A stretch of 32,000 nt of DNA from Coprobacillaceae bacterium (GTDB lineage: Bacteria; Bacillota_I; Bacilli_A; Erysipelotrichales; Coprobacillaceae): assembly GCA_963675915.1 (NCBI GenBank), contig OY780959.1, positions 1,890,001 through 1,922,000 of the forward strand, in the 5' to 3' direction. Positions 14,750 to 24,463 of this stretch are shown here, one piece after another; the stretch's first letter is position 1, and every line of letters begins with the position of its first letter. A program made the translations under genes and the position numbers. A model generated the notes under the pieces. It ran no database searches, was not told where the DNA came from, and worked only from the letters and a program-made list of their open reading frames with translations.

Positions 14750-15370
14750 TTAACAGATAAATTCGCTCATTTCTCCAGTTTCCTTATTTATTCTAACCCG
14801 ATTCTTCACCAGTTTAAGCATCGGGATGTCACTTTTTGAATCAGAATATCCATAAGAATTGTCATAATCGATTGCCAGTCCCTCTTGATCGAGAACTTCC
14901 ATGATCCGGCGGACTTTTTCCTCGCGCTTGCAATTCTTACCGATCACAATATTGCTTAATTTACCATTAATCTCTTTGGTTTTGGTTCCCGAAAGAAAAT
15001 GGTAAGGCAAATCAGTTTTCAATAGATAAGCCTCTATACTCGCCGAACATATATAAATATAATAACCCTCTTCATATTGCTTTTTCAGCGTCGCAACTAC
15101 GTTAGGGTAATATTTCGGTTTGATGACTTTATCGTAGAAACTTTGAAGCTCATTGTCGCTCATCCAGCGGACCGGTCTTAGCCAGATGCTTTTGGCTTTA
15201 TTGATCGGACACAATTTCAATTTGTACCCGATGAAATAAATCGCAATCGGTATCACGCTCAAGATGAAAAGCGGACGTTTCTTTATCCCATATAAAAATA
15301 TGTAATATCCTGAATCCCCATGAATCAGGGTATCGTCAAAATCGTAAAAAGCAAATTTAGATGTATTCAT
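14750..15370 (-). CDS. HAD-IB family hydrolase with one hydrophobic segment
   Basis: DxD motif FAFYDFDDTLIHGDS; later SASIE and GYSDSKSDIPML motifs. The ATG at 15370 overlaps the deoD 3' end by 14 nt (the track used an upstream TTG at 15388). Confidence 0.7.
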   Translation of the reverse strand: MNTSKFAFYDFDDTLIHGDSGYYIFLYGIKKRPLFILSVIPIAIYFIGYKLKLCPINKAKSIWLRPVRWMSDNELQSFYDKVIKPKYYPNVVATLKKQYEEGYYIYICSASIEAYLLKTDLPYHFLSGTKTKEINGKLSNIVIGKNCKREEKVRRIMEVLDQEGLAIDYDNSYGYSDSKSDIPMLKLVKNRVRINKETGEMSEFIC

Positions 15371-16067
15371 AAGCAGTCTTAAGGGCAATCTCCATCATAT
15401 TTCTAAAACCAGTCTGACGCTCTTGAGGGGATAAATACTCGTCAAGCACCAGGGAATCCGATACAGTCAATATGCAAAGAGCCGATTTTTGCAGTTCAGC
15501 CGCAATCGTGTACAAAGCATATGACTCCATTTCCACACCAAGAACACCCATTTGCGCCCACTTGTCCACCGGTGAATTCTTGCTGTAGAAAACATCGGAA
15601 GACAGGATATTACCGACTTTATAGTTACATCCCTGTTCCTTGGCTTTCTGATTGGCAATATCCAGAAGTTCAAAAGTAGCCGTAGCCGAGAAAGTACCCG
15701 GCAATTGATAGTGGTGGGCAAAATTGGAATCAGTAGATGCTCCAATAGCCAAAATCACATCATTGACATGGATATCTTTGACATAAGCTCCACAACTTCC
15801 GATTCTGATAATCGCCTCAACCCCGTATTGGGTGTATAATTCGTAAGAATAAATTCCAATCGAGGGCATTCCCATTCCTGATCCCATTACTGATATTTTT
15901 TTACCGTTGTAAGTACCGGTATATCCAAACATATTGCGGACTGTATTGAATCTGACAACATCCTCAAGATAATTCTCGGCCACAAATTTCGCTCTGAGCG
16001 GATCGCCCGGCATCAATACAATTTTAGCGATTTCTCCTTGTTTCGCTTCATTATGCGCTGTAGACAT
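15357..16067 (-). CDS. deoD: Purine nucleoside phosphorylase, DeoD type
   Basis: 236 aa. IAKIVLMPGDPLRAKFVAENYLEDV, GMGMPSIGIYSYEL and VEMESYALY are characteristic of the hexameric PNP family. AGGAGG RBS. Confidence 0.9.
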   Translation of the reverse strand: MSTAHNEAKQGEIAKIVLMPGDPLRAKFVAENYLEDVVRFNTVRNMFGYTGTYNGKKISVMGSGMGMPSIGIYSYELYTQYGVEAIIRIGSCGAYVKDIHVNDVILAIGASTDSNFAHHYQLPGTFSATATFELLDIANQKAKEQGCNYKVGNILSSDVFYSKNSPVDKWAQMGVLGVEMESYALYTIAAELQKSALCILTVSDSLVLDEYLSPQERQTGFRNMMEIALKTAYEYI

Positions 16068-16081
16068 TTATTTTCCTCCTA

Positions 16082-16543
16082 TTATTGGGCAATGAAATAG
16101 TAGCGACCTGCCACCAGTTCATCTCCCAGTTCCTTTCCATTGATTGCTTTTTTCATATCACTGATCAATTCATCTTCATCACCATAAGAAAAGCCTAATT
16201 TGGCGAAATAACCATCAAGCGAGATGAATGGACCATAGCCGTAATTTTCCTCTTCATAGCCATCGAGGCGATTGATGGTATCATCATAGATTTCCTTATT
16301 ATCAAGATCATCGAGACTGTAAGTATTGATGATGATATGGTCTTCAAATTCCGTTTCAATTGCCGGAATTGCGTAATCGATAAAATCATCGCACCTTGAA
16401 CATCCTTCGACATAAAAATAATTAAGGGTATAAGTGCCGCTGAGTTCCTGCTGGTCATCATCCGATTGAAATATCGTACAACCCGCCAGCAATGCCAGTA
16501 TCAAGACAAAGCCTAATATTTTCTTCATTTTAATCACTGCCAA
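16082..16543 (-). CDS. Lipoprotein with a CxxC motif, possibly thioredoxin-like
   Basis: Lipobox LLAGCTIF; YFYVEGCSRCDDF. The start is uncertain (TTG at 16543 or ATG at 16528). Confidence 0.55.
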   Translation of the reverse strand: MAVIKMKKILGFVLILALLAGCTIFQSDDDQQELSGTYTLNYFYVEGCSRCDDFIDYAIPAIETEFEDHIIINTYSLDDLDNKEIYDDTINRLDGYEEENYGYGPFISLDGYFAKLGFSYGDEDELISDMKKAINGKELGDELVAGRYYFIAQ

Positions 16544-16757
16544 TCGTTCAAGAACAACTGGTTTCCTTTCTAAACATAATTGATTTTAAAAACCAACTCC
16601 CTCTAGTCACTTTTCGTGATTTGACAACCACTCAAAAAGCCGAATGCAATATTGGTTTCCAACTATAAATCATTATACATGTTTTCAACTCAAAATTAAA
16701 CACCCACAAAAGATTAACTGTCAACCGAGCGGCAATTCTTAAGATTTACTAAACATA

Positions 16758-16786
16758 TTGACACCAATTAGAGAAAGAAGTATAAT
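16758..16786 (+). promoter_or_regulatory. Perfect-consensus sigma-A promoter for the hypothetical-NfeD-SPFH operon
   Basis: TTGACA (16758-16763), a 17-nt spacer, then TATAAT (16781-16786). This predicts a leader of about 110 nt. Confidence 0.7.
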
Positions 16787-16902
16787 ACCAGTAAGATAGA
16801 TAATAAAAATAATTTTTATAATTTAGACACTATCTTTGAATTTGTAAAAAAATTCTTGTCTATTACCTAATATGATAATACAATTGAGAAAGGATGGATA
16901 TT

Positions 16903-17268
16903 ATGGACTTCAACTGGTCAACCAGCGAAAGCAATCGCAAAGCTGTTACCATAACCGAATCAAATATAACTTTGAACACCAACGCCAGCAAACATTTCCA
17001 AAATGTTTCTTATGTCCTGCTTGGCGTTAATAGCGAACAAAAACTAGGCATCAAACCAGTCGACAAAGAAGCAATCAACAACAATTACTACCCCAAGGAA
17101 CAACTGCATCACCTGTCGGTCGGGAAGAGTTATATGCGCGTTTCCAATAAAAGTTTCATTAGAGAGTTAAATGAAAGATTCGATTTGGGTCTGGATAGTC
17201 AAAAATCCATCAAACTGTCAGCCCATTTTGATGTGGTCCATCAAATTTTGTTGGTCGACTTGAAATGA
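16903..17268 (+). CDS. Hypothetical protein (121 aa), no family recognised
   Basis: Open frame with coding-like composition. The ATG at 16903 has better spacing to GAGAAAGGA than the ATG at 16894. It is the first gene of the NfeD/SPFH operon. Confidence 0.55.
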   Translation: MDFNWSTSESNRKAVTITESNITLNTNASKHFQNVSYVLLGVNSEQKLGIKPVDKEAINNNYYPKEQLHHLSVGKSYMRVSNKSFIRELNERFDLGLDSQKSIKLSAHFDVVHQILLVDLK

Positions 17269-17308
17269 TCTTATTGAATCAGTTTAAAAACGAAAGGAAG
17301 ATTTAGCA

Positions 17309-17749
17309 ATGTACACAATATTATGGTTGATAGTACTAATTGTCGCAATCATTTTTGAGGCCATCACAGTTGACCTGGTGTCAATCTGGTTTGGCCTGGG
17401 CGCGTTAGTCGCTCTGATTCTTGATTTATTAAATGTCAGTTTTGGTATTCAGATTGCAGTATTCACTGTCATCACAGTCGTTTCATTGGTGGTAACTAGA
17501 CCAATGGCAAAGAAATACCTTAAGACAAACGTCGTAGCCACGAATTCCGACCGTTACATCGGAAAACACGCACTCGTGACCAAAAGCATTTCTCCAGATA
17601 AAAAAGGTGAAGTTTCTGTCATGTCTTCTATCTGGAGCGCATCAAGCATTGACAACACCACAATCGAAAAAGATGATTATTGCGAGGTTGTGGCAATCGA
17701 AGGTGCTCATTTGGTAGTCAGGAAATTGTCCAAAGAAAGCGAGGAATAG
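17309..17749 (+). CDS. NfeD-family membrane protein
   Basis: 146 aa. Three N-terminal TM segments plus a C-terminal OB-like domain (GKHALVTKSISPDKKGEVSV...VVAIEGAHLVVRK). Sits immediately upstream of the SPFH gene. Confidence 0.85.
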   Translation: MYTILWLIVLIVAIIFEAITVDLVSIWFGLGALVALILDLLNVSFGIQIAVFTVITVVSLVVTRPMAKKYLKTNVVATNSDRYIGKHALVTKSISPDKKGEVSVMSSIWSASSIDNTTIEKDDYCEVVAIEGAHLVVRKLSKESEE

Positions 17750-17752
17750 AAA

Positions 17753-18685
17753 ATGGACCAATTATTAAAATTTGTTTTATGGGGAATCATCGGCTTGATC
17801 ATCCTTGTAACCATTGCAAGAACAATCAGAATCGTCCCTCAGTCAAGGGCATACGTAATCGAACGTATTGGGGCTTATGACCGAACATTGTCAGTAGGAT
17901 TGCATGTTCTGATCCCGTTTGTAGATCGTCTGGCCAATAACATTTCACTCAAGGAACAGGTTGTCGATTTTCCACCACAACCAGTTATTACCAAAGACAA
18001 CGTAACGATGCAAATCGACACCGTAGTTTATTTCCAAATTACCGATCCGAAACTTTTCACTTATGGGGTTGAACGTCCGATTAACGCTATCGAAAATCTG
18101 ACTGCAACCACCTTAAGAAATATTATCGGGGATTTGGAACTTGATGAATCACTGACTTCACGTGATATCATCAACTCAAGCATGAGAAGCATTCTTGATG
18201 AGGCAACTGACCCGTGGGGAATCAAAGTTCACCGGGTTGAAGTCAAAAACATCATTCCACCACGCGATATCCAAGAAGCAATGGAAAAACAAATGCGGGC
18301 TGAACGTGAACGTCGTGAAGCCATCCTCCGCGCTGAAGGTAAAAAGACCGCAGCCGTTTTGGATGCCCAAGGGGATAAAGAAGCAACAATTCTTCGGGCA
18401 AACGCACGAAAAGAAGCACGTATCGCCGAAGCTCAAGGGGAAGCTGAAGCCATCAGATTGGTATTTGAAGCCCAATCTCGTGGGATTGAATACATCAACG
18501 AGGCAAACCCTCAAGAAGGATACATCAAACTGCAAAGTTTCGAAACCCTTCAAAAAGTCGCTGACGGAAAAGCAACCAAGATCATTATTCCTTCAGAGAT
18601 CCAAAACCTTGCCAGCATGGCAACTTCTATAAAAGAATTCATCACCGATGAAAAACCTGCCGAAGCAAAGCAAGAACAAAAATAA
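17753..18685 (+). CDS. SPFH/band 7 (stomatin-like) membrane protein
   Basis: 310 aa. N-terminal TM segment, RIVPQSRAYVIERIGAY, DTVVYFQITDP, and an Ala/Glu-rich coiled-coil tail. Confidence 0.9.
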   Translation: MDQLLKFVLWGIIGLIILVTIARTIRIVPQSRAYVIERIGAYDRTLSVGLHVLIPFVDRLANNISLKEQVVDFPPQPVITKDNVTMQIDTVVYFQITDPKLFTYGVERPINAIENLTATTLRNIIGDLELDESLTSRDIINSSMRSILDEATDPWGIKVHRVEVKNIIPPRDIQEAMEKQMRAERERREAILRAEGKKTAAVLDAQGDKEATILRANARKEARIAEAQGEAEAIRLVFEAQSRGIEYINEANPQEGYIKLQSFETLQKVADGKATKIIIPSEIQNLASMATSIKEFITDEKPAEAKQEQK

Positions 18686-18718
18686 TCAAATAAGATTTCC
18701 CATTTACGGCGTCTTGCC

Positions 18719-18739
18719 GATTCTCGGGGAATCTTTTTT
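18719..18739 (+). terminator. Terminator after the SPFH gene
   Basis: GATTC-TCGGG-GAATC followed by TTTTTT. It overlaps an alternative 8-bp hairpin (see findings). Confidence 0.5.
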
Positions 18740-18843
18740 GATTCCCCGGTACCAAATGATAGAATTTTGAACTTAATTTTCACATCATCATTAACACCGG
18801 GAATCATTATATGATATAATTATAGAATATTCGGAGGTTTTGT

Positions 18844-21800
18844 ATGGATTTGAATAAGAAGCAACTAAAAAGTCTGATGACTTTCTATAATTATAAGGCG
18901 GCATCATCTTTGGAAAAATTCCAAAAAGTTAAAGAGATCAAGGTTAACCAAAAAAACGGTGGATACCAGATCAGCGGTCAGATTGAACAGCACAAGGACA
19001 CCTTCGCGCCCGTTGCCAGCGTCGACTCTGATGGCAAAATCAGCCATTTCACCTGCAACTGCACCCGCCACAAGGACGACCAAATTGCCTGTCCCCACAT
19101 CGGCGCCTTGCTAATAAGGTTCGCCAAACTTGACAGCAACATCACCCTTCCATACCACAACGTTGTCAGCGACAGTTATCAAGAACGCCTCCTCGAGGTC
19201 CAGGAGATCTTCAAAAGTCTGAGAATTTCCGAGATGAAGCAAAAATCCGTTTCGCTGATCGACACCTATAAGGAAGAGATTCTCGAGGCAACGGCCAAAT
19301 TGGATACCGGCATCAATATTTATCCGCTAATCACCATTGATAAAAGCGAAGAAATAAACATTGAATATAAAATCGGAACCAACCGTCCTTATGTTATCAA
19401 ATCCTTACCGCAATTCATTGACAGTTTCAATACCAAGGCCAAGGTGAAATACGGCAAAGAACTGATTACCAATCATGAAAACGACGACTTCACCAAATTC
19501 GCCCGCAATCAAATTGAATTCATCAAGGAAAATGTGGCTACCGATGACCAAATCGGGCGTTATATCTACATTGACAATGACAACATCGATCTTTTTTACA
19601 ATACATATTCCAAATTCGACAATCCTTTTGTCAAATTCGTCGATAAGACTCCAAAAGTCATCAAAGTTAAAAAATCAAACTTTGAAGATTATGACGAATT
19701 CTCAATTGATAATCTGCCCGGTCAAATATTATTCGGGCACCGTCATATATATCATTTGATCAGCAATAATCTTTACCGTTACTCATTGATGGCATCTAAT
19801 GCGATTAAATCATTTCTTGGTAAAATCCTCGATGAAAACATTATTGTCTTCAATGACGACAAGACAAATTTCGGAAAATACATTATCGACAGAATTTCAC
19901 CGTATATCGAACTGGTTGATGACGACTATGACGATTATCTGACCGATGATGTCTACTGTCAGGTGTACGCCGATATTGATTTCGACAACAGTTTGCGGAT
20001 TGATCTCAAATATGTCGACGACACCGATAAGGAAATTTCCAAACCGGAACTTGAAAATTACAACCTTCCGATAAACATTTCCTCAACTCACAACCTCCTT
20101 GAAAAGGACCTGGGCTATGACGAAAAACGCAATGCCTACATTCTCAAAGATGAAGGAAAAACAATCAGCAACTACATTAAACAGAAATTGCCCCGCCTCA
20201 AAGAATTTACCGAGGTTTTCGTTTCCGATGCCATTGCCAGTCTCCAGAAGAGTTCCAGCACCGCTTTGAGCGTTGGAGTCAAACTGGAAAACGATTTGCT
20301 TCAGCTTAATTTTGATGCTTTGGGAATTTCCCAGGAAGAGGTCATCGATATTTTGAAATCATATCGAACCAAACGTTCATTCCACCGCTTGCAAAACGGT
20401 GAGATTATTGACCTTGACGACCAGAATATCAAAGCTGCCAATGACTTGATCAACGACCTGGATATCGACCTTGATGACATCGAAGATGGTTCTATCATCC
20501 TCGACAAATCCCGCTCATTATATCTTAACAACCTGATGGATGAATCAGTTTTGTCAATCAAATCCCGCAATGATGCTTTCGATTCTTTGATTACCGGTAT
20601 CACGGATGTCGACTCATCCAGCTTCGAACCACCGGAAAAATATCAAGATATTCTAAGAAACTACCAAAAAGAAGGTTTCCGTTGGCTGAAAACTTTGGAA
20701 CATTATGGTTTCAATGGAATACTTTCCGATGACATGGGGCTTGGTAAAACCTTGCAGGTTATCGCCTTGTTGGAGTCGAACCGGAGTCCAGATAACACCA
20801 GCATCGTAATCACCCCGGCAACCCTGATTCTCAACTGGCGCGATGAAATCGCGAAATTCACCAACAACCTCAAGGTACTTTGTGTCCAGGGGGCCGTCAA
20901 AAACCGGATCGAGGATATCGCCAAGTGCGAGGAATATGATGTCATTTTGACCTCATATGACTACATCAGACGCGACAGCAAATACTATGAAGACATCATG
21001 TTTGACTATGTCATTCTTGATGAAGCCCAATATATCAAAAATCAAAAAACAAAAAATGCGAAAGAAGTCAAGAAAATCCGCAGCCACCATCGTTTGGCAC
21101 TGACCGGAACCCCAATCGAAAACTCATTGGCCGAACTGTGGTCAATCTTCGATTTCTTGATGCCGGAATACCTGTTTAGATACAGTTATTTCAAACGTAA
21201 TTTTGAAACTCCAATCGTCAAGAACCAAAACAAGGAAGTTACCAAACGCCTGCAAAAGATGGTCGAACCATTTATTTTGAGAAGAACAAAGGCGCAGGTA
21301 TTGAAGGAACTTCCGGAGAAAAGCGAAAACAATATCCATATCCGCTTCAACGACGAGGAGAAAAACATCTATCTCGCCAACTTGGTACAAGTCAACAACG
21401 AACTTCAGACAATGCTTCAGGGCGAAACATTCAACAAGATGCGGGTACTGGCAATGATGACCAGGCTCCGCCAGCTCTGTTGTGATCCCCGTCTGGTTTA
21501 CGAGGAATTCCTCGAACCTTCAAGTAAGTTGCAGGTCTGCATGGATCTTATCGGAAACGTCGAGCAAGATAACGAAAAAGTTCTGGTCTTCTCTTCATTC
21601 ACCTCAGTCCTGAATCTAATTGAACAGGAACTCGAACAAAGCGGGATCAGTTACTACAAATTGACAGGTGCAACTTCGAAATCCAAAAGACATCAGCTTG
21701 TCAACAATTTCCAGGTTGATGACACAACTGTCTTCTTGATTTCACTCAAGGCCGGAGGTACCGGATTGAACCTGACATCCGCCTCTAATGTCATCCACTT

Positions 21801-22038
21801 TGACCCTTGGTGGAATCTGTCGGCCCAAAACCAGGCCACTGACCGTGCTTATCGAATCGGCCAGAAAAATCGGGTTCAAGTTTACAAACTGATAATGAAG
21901 GATTCCATTGAAGAAAAAATTCAAAATTTACAGCAGCAAAAAAATGATCTAGCCCAGCTATTCGTTGAAAACAACGAAGGATCGATCACATCGATGAACC
22001 CTAACGACATTATCGAACTATTCAAGATTGATGATTAA
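18844..22038 (+). CDS. SNF2-family helicase/ATPase with an N-terminal SWIM zinc finger
   Basis: 1064 aa. SWIM motif CNCTRHKDDQIACPH. SNF2_N motifs DDMGLGKT, DEAQYIKN and LTGTPIENSLAELWSIFDFLMP. Helicase_C motifs GGTGLNLTSASNVIHFDPWWN and QATDRAYRIGQ. Confidence 0.9.
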   Translation: MDLNKKQLKSLMTFYNYKAASSLEKFQKVKEIKVNQKNGGYQISGQIEQHKDTFAPVASVDSDGKISHFTCNCTRHKDDQIACPHIGALLIRFAKLDSNITLPYHNVVSDSYQERLLEVQEIFKSLRISEMKQKSVSLIDTYKEEILEATAKLDTGINIYPLITIDKSEEINIEYKIGTNRPYVIKSLPQFIDSFNTKAKVKYGKELITNHENDDFTKFARNQIEFIKENVATDDQIGRYIYIDNDNIDLFYNTYSKFDNPFVKFVDKTPKVIKVKKSNFEDYDEFSIDNLPGQILFGHRHIYHLISNNLYRYSLMASNAIKSFLGKILDENIIVFNDDKTNFGKYIIDRISPYIELVDDDYDDYLTDDVYCQVYADIDFDNSLRIDLKYVDDTDKEISKPELENYNLPINISSTHNLLEKDLGYDEKRNAYILKDEGKTISNYIKQKLPRLKEFTEVFVSDAIASLQKSSSTALSVGVKLENDLLQLNFDALGISQEEVIDILKSYRTKRSFHRLQNGEIIDLDDQNIKAANDLINDLDIDLDDIEDGSIILDKSRSLYLNNLMDESVLSIKSRNDAFDSLITGITDVDSSSFEPPEKYQDILRNYQKEGFRWLKTLEHYGFNGILSDDMGLGKTLQVIALLESNRSPDNTSIVITPATLILNWRDEIAKFTNNLKVLCVQGAVKNRIEDIAKCEEYDVILTSYDYIRRDSKYYEDIMFDYVILDEAQYIKNQKTKNAKEVKKIRSHHRLALTGTPIENSLAELWSIFDFLMPEYLFRYSYFKRNFETPIVKNQNKEVTKRLQKMVEPFILRRTKAQVLKELPEKSENNIHIRFNDEEKNIYLANLVQVNNELQTMLQGETFNKMRVLAMMTRLRQLCCDPRLVYEEFLEPSSKLQVCMDLIGNVEQDNEKVLVFSSFTSVLNLIEQELEQSGISYYKLTGATSKSKRHQLVNNFQVDDTTVFLISLKAGGTGLNLTSASNVIHFDPWWNLSAQNQATDRAYRIGQKNRVQVYKLIMKDSIEEKIQNLQQQKNDLAQLFVENNEGSITSMNPNDIIELFKIDD

Positions 22039-22067
22039 TCTTTGAAAATATACTTTGGAGAAATACT

Positions 22068-22691
22068 ATGACCAAAAAATTAGGAGTGCCCAAATATCAT
22101 AAAATCGCAATTGATATTGCTTCAAAGATCGCAACCGGCGATCTTTTGGAGGGCGACAAAATATACGCAAGTTCAACCCTGGCCGGACGCTATGCCGTTT
22201 CGAGCGAAACCGCTCGCCGCGCCATCCATATTCTGGTTGACCTGGGAATTGTCTCAGCTAAAAAAGGAGCCGGAATATATGTGACTTCTTTTCCCAAGGC
22301 AGTCGATTATATCCAGCAAAACAAAAGCATCACAACCCTGATGGACTTGCGTGATGAGATGTCCGCCAGCGTATCAAGACAAAAAAAAGAATTGGAATAT
22401 TTCAATGAAAAAATGAACGAGCTGTTGGAGCGGACTGAAAATCTCCGTTCCGAAAATCCTTTCATCCCCCAACAGATTCACCTCACTGAAGATGCATTAC
22501 ATCTGGGGGAAACTATTGGAGAAATGGCTTTTTGGCACAACACCTTGGCGACAATCGTAGCCATTCGTCGCGGGGATACCCTGATTATGTCACCTGGTCC
22601 TTATGAATCAATCCAAGCGCACGACACCGTATTTTTCTTTGGGAAAAACGAATCATTGCAAAAAGTGAAACTTTATTTTTTTGGTGAATAA
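22068..22691 (+). CDS. GntR-family transcriptional regulator with a C-terminal TrkA-C (RCK_C)-like domain
   Basis: The N-terminal wHTH LAGRYAVSSETARRAIHILVDLGIVSAKKGAGIYV is seen directly. The TrkA-C call on the C-terminal half (GETIGEMAFWHNTLATIVAIRRGDTLIMSPGP...DTVFFFG) is from memory. Confidence 0.7.
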   Translation: MTKKLGVPKYHKIAIDIASKIATGDLLEGDKIYASSTLAGRYAVSSETARRAIHILVDLGIVSAKKGAGIYVTSFPKAVDYIQQNKSITTLMDLRDEMSASVSRQKKELEYFNEKMNELLERTENLRSENPFIPQQIHLTEDALHLGETIGEMAFWHNTLATIVAIRRGDTLIMSPGPYESIQAHDTVFFFGKNESLQKVKLYFFGE

Positions 22692-22700
22692 CAGAAAATA

Positions 22701-22730
22701 AAAAAATAGGTCTTTCGACCTATTTTTATT
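22701..22730. terminator. Bidirectional terminator between the GntR gene and convergent opuAC
   Basis: AAAAATAGGTC-TTTC-GACCTATTTTT, with A/T runs on both sides. Confidence 0.8.
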
Positions 22731-22738
22731 TTGGTTTT

Positions 22739-23611
22739 TTATCCAAGCCACGCATCAACAGCATCAGAATTTTCATCGATCCATTGCTCTGCTGCAGCAT
22801 CTTCCGCCATACCATCATTGATATATTTTTCAATAGTACCAATTTGGTTATCGCTCATCGAGAATGCTTCCATCATTGCTGTAACTTCCGGATTTGCTTC
22901 CGCAAAGTCCGCATTAAGCAAAGTATGGATTTGTTCTTCAGCTCCAAAAGAACCTTGTGGGTCTTCGAGATACTTCAGATCAAACGAAGCGAACATCCAG
23001 TGTGGAGACCACCCGGTAATCGCAATCCATTCATTATCTTCATACGCTTTTTCCAGTGAGGCTACCATTGCCGCTTCACTACCTTGAACTAAAGTTGTCG
23101 AGTCAAGGCCGTACGTTTCAATAGCGCTTTCCGTTGCCGACATGATTCCAGCCCCCGGATTTATTCCGATAATTTGGTCGTCGAATTGATCGGCAACCGC
23201 ATTGAATTCGTCCATCGAATCAATAGTCACATAAGATGGGACAGTAATTCCGATTTTAGCTGATTCTTCATACCAGACACCGGCATCATATAAATCATCT
23301 TGATATTCATCCCAATAAGTGGCATGGGTTACAGGTAACCAGGCATCCATGAAGATATCGACATCCCCTTCAGATAGACCAACGAACAATGGCGCGACGT
23401 CCAATTGAGTCAGTTCAACATTATATCCTTGTTCTTCTAGAATATTGGCCCAAATATTTGTGACCGCCACACATTCCGCCCAGTTAACATAACCGATTGT
23501 GATGGTCTCTTTCCCATCAGTAGATGAGTTCGAACACCCGGCCAAACCTACTGTTGCCATTGTTGCCGCTAATGAACCGGCAATTAACTTGTTAAATTTC
23601 TTAGTAAACAT
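22739..23611 (-). CDS. opuAC: Glycine betaine/proline betaine ABC transporter substrate-binding lipoprotein
   Basis: 290 aa. Lipobox LAGCSNS. Aromatic-rich (W/Y) OpuAC-type domain. Last gene of the opuA-type operon. Confidence 0.85.
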   Translation of the reverse strand: MFTKKFNKLIAGSLAATMATVGLAGCSNSSTDGKETITIGYVNWAECVAVTNIWANILEEQGYNVELTQLDVAPLFVGLSEGDVDIFMDAWLPVTHATYWDEYQDDLYDAGVWYEESAKIGITVPSYVTIDSMDEFNAVADQFDDQIIGINPGAGIMSATESAIETYGLDSTTLVQGSEAAMVASLEKAYEDNEWIAITGWSPHWMFASFDLKYLEDPQGSFGAEEQIHTLLNADFAEANPEVTAMMEAFSMSDNQIGTIEKYINDGMAEDAAAEQWIDENSDAVDAWLG

Positions 23612-23626
23612 TATATTCCTCCTTTT

Positions 23627-24463
23627 TTATTTATCATCAACTTGCATGGATTTTCCAATCCCTTGTAAGATACGATCCAAAATAATCGCCATGATTACTA
23701 CAGCAATACCGTACTCGAATCCCATCCCGTTTTTCAGTTGGGAAATGGCTTGCAGTACGCCTGCTCCTAATCCACCGGCACCGATCATCGCCGAAACGAC
23801 AACCATCGATAATGCCAACATCATGGTCTGGTTGATCCCTGTCATGATTGTCGGTATCGCCACCGGCAATTGAATTTTCACCAGTAATTGCATTGGAGTA
23901 CACCCGAAAGATTCCCCAACTTCAATCAAGTCTTCAGGAACTTGACGAATCCCCAAAGCTGTCAGCCTGATAATCGGAGGCATCGCGAAAATTACGGTTG
24001 CGAAAATCGCCGGTACCTGACCAATCCCAAACATTAACAACGCTGGAATCAAGTAAACAAATGAAGGCATCGTTTGCATGAAATCGAGCACTGGCATGAT
24101 CACCCGGTAGAAACCTTGGTTTTTACCCGAGAGAACTCCAAGTGGAAATCCAATCACCATTGAAATCAATGATGAGAATAAAACCAAGACAAACGTCTCA
24201 ATAAACGCCGGCCACAGATCAAGGTTCCAAATCAGGAACAACCCCAATACTGAACCAATCACAAATTTAATTCCATTTGTCTTGAATGCCAGAATCGCCA
24301 CAAGAATCACAATTACCCACCAAGGGATTGCTCCAAGCGCGCCACTGACAATATCGATGACTTCCGAAAACGCATCTGAGAACAAATCCAGGAAAGGTCC
24401 CCAGGCATCTTTCATCCAATCTACAAATCCATCTACTACTTCAGCTACTGGTAATTTATACAT
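23627..24463 (-). CDS. opuAB: Glycine betaine/proline ABC transporter permease
   Basis: 278 aa polytopic protein with the OpuAB/ProW-like loop EVGESFGCTPMQLLVKIQLPVA. The start overlaps the opuAA stop by 8 nt. Confidence 0.9.
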   Translation of the reverse strand: MYKLPVAEVVDGFVDWMKDAWGPFLDLFSDAFSEVIDIVSGALGAIPWWVIVILVAILAFKTNGIKFVIGSVLGLFLIWNLDLWPAFIETFVLVLFSSLISMVIGFPLGVLSGKNQGFYRVIMPVLDFMQTMPSFVYLIPALLMFGIGQVPAIFATVIFAMPPIIRLTALGIRQVPEDLIEVGESFGCTPMQLLVKIQLPVAIPTIMTGINQTMMLALSMVVVSAMIGAGGLGAGVLQAISQLKNGMGFEYGIAVVIMAIILDRILQGIGKSMQVDDK

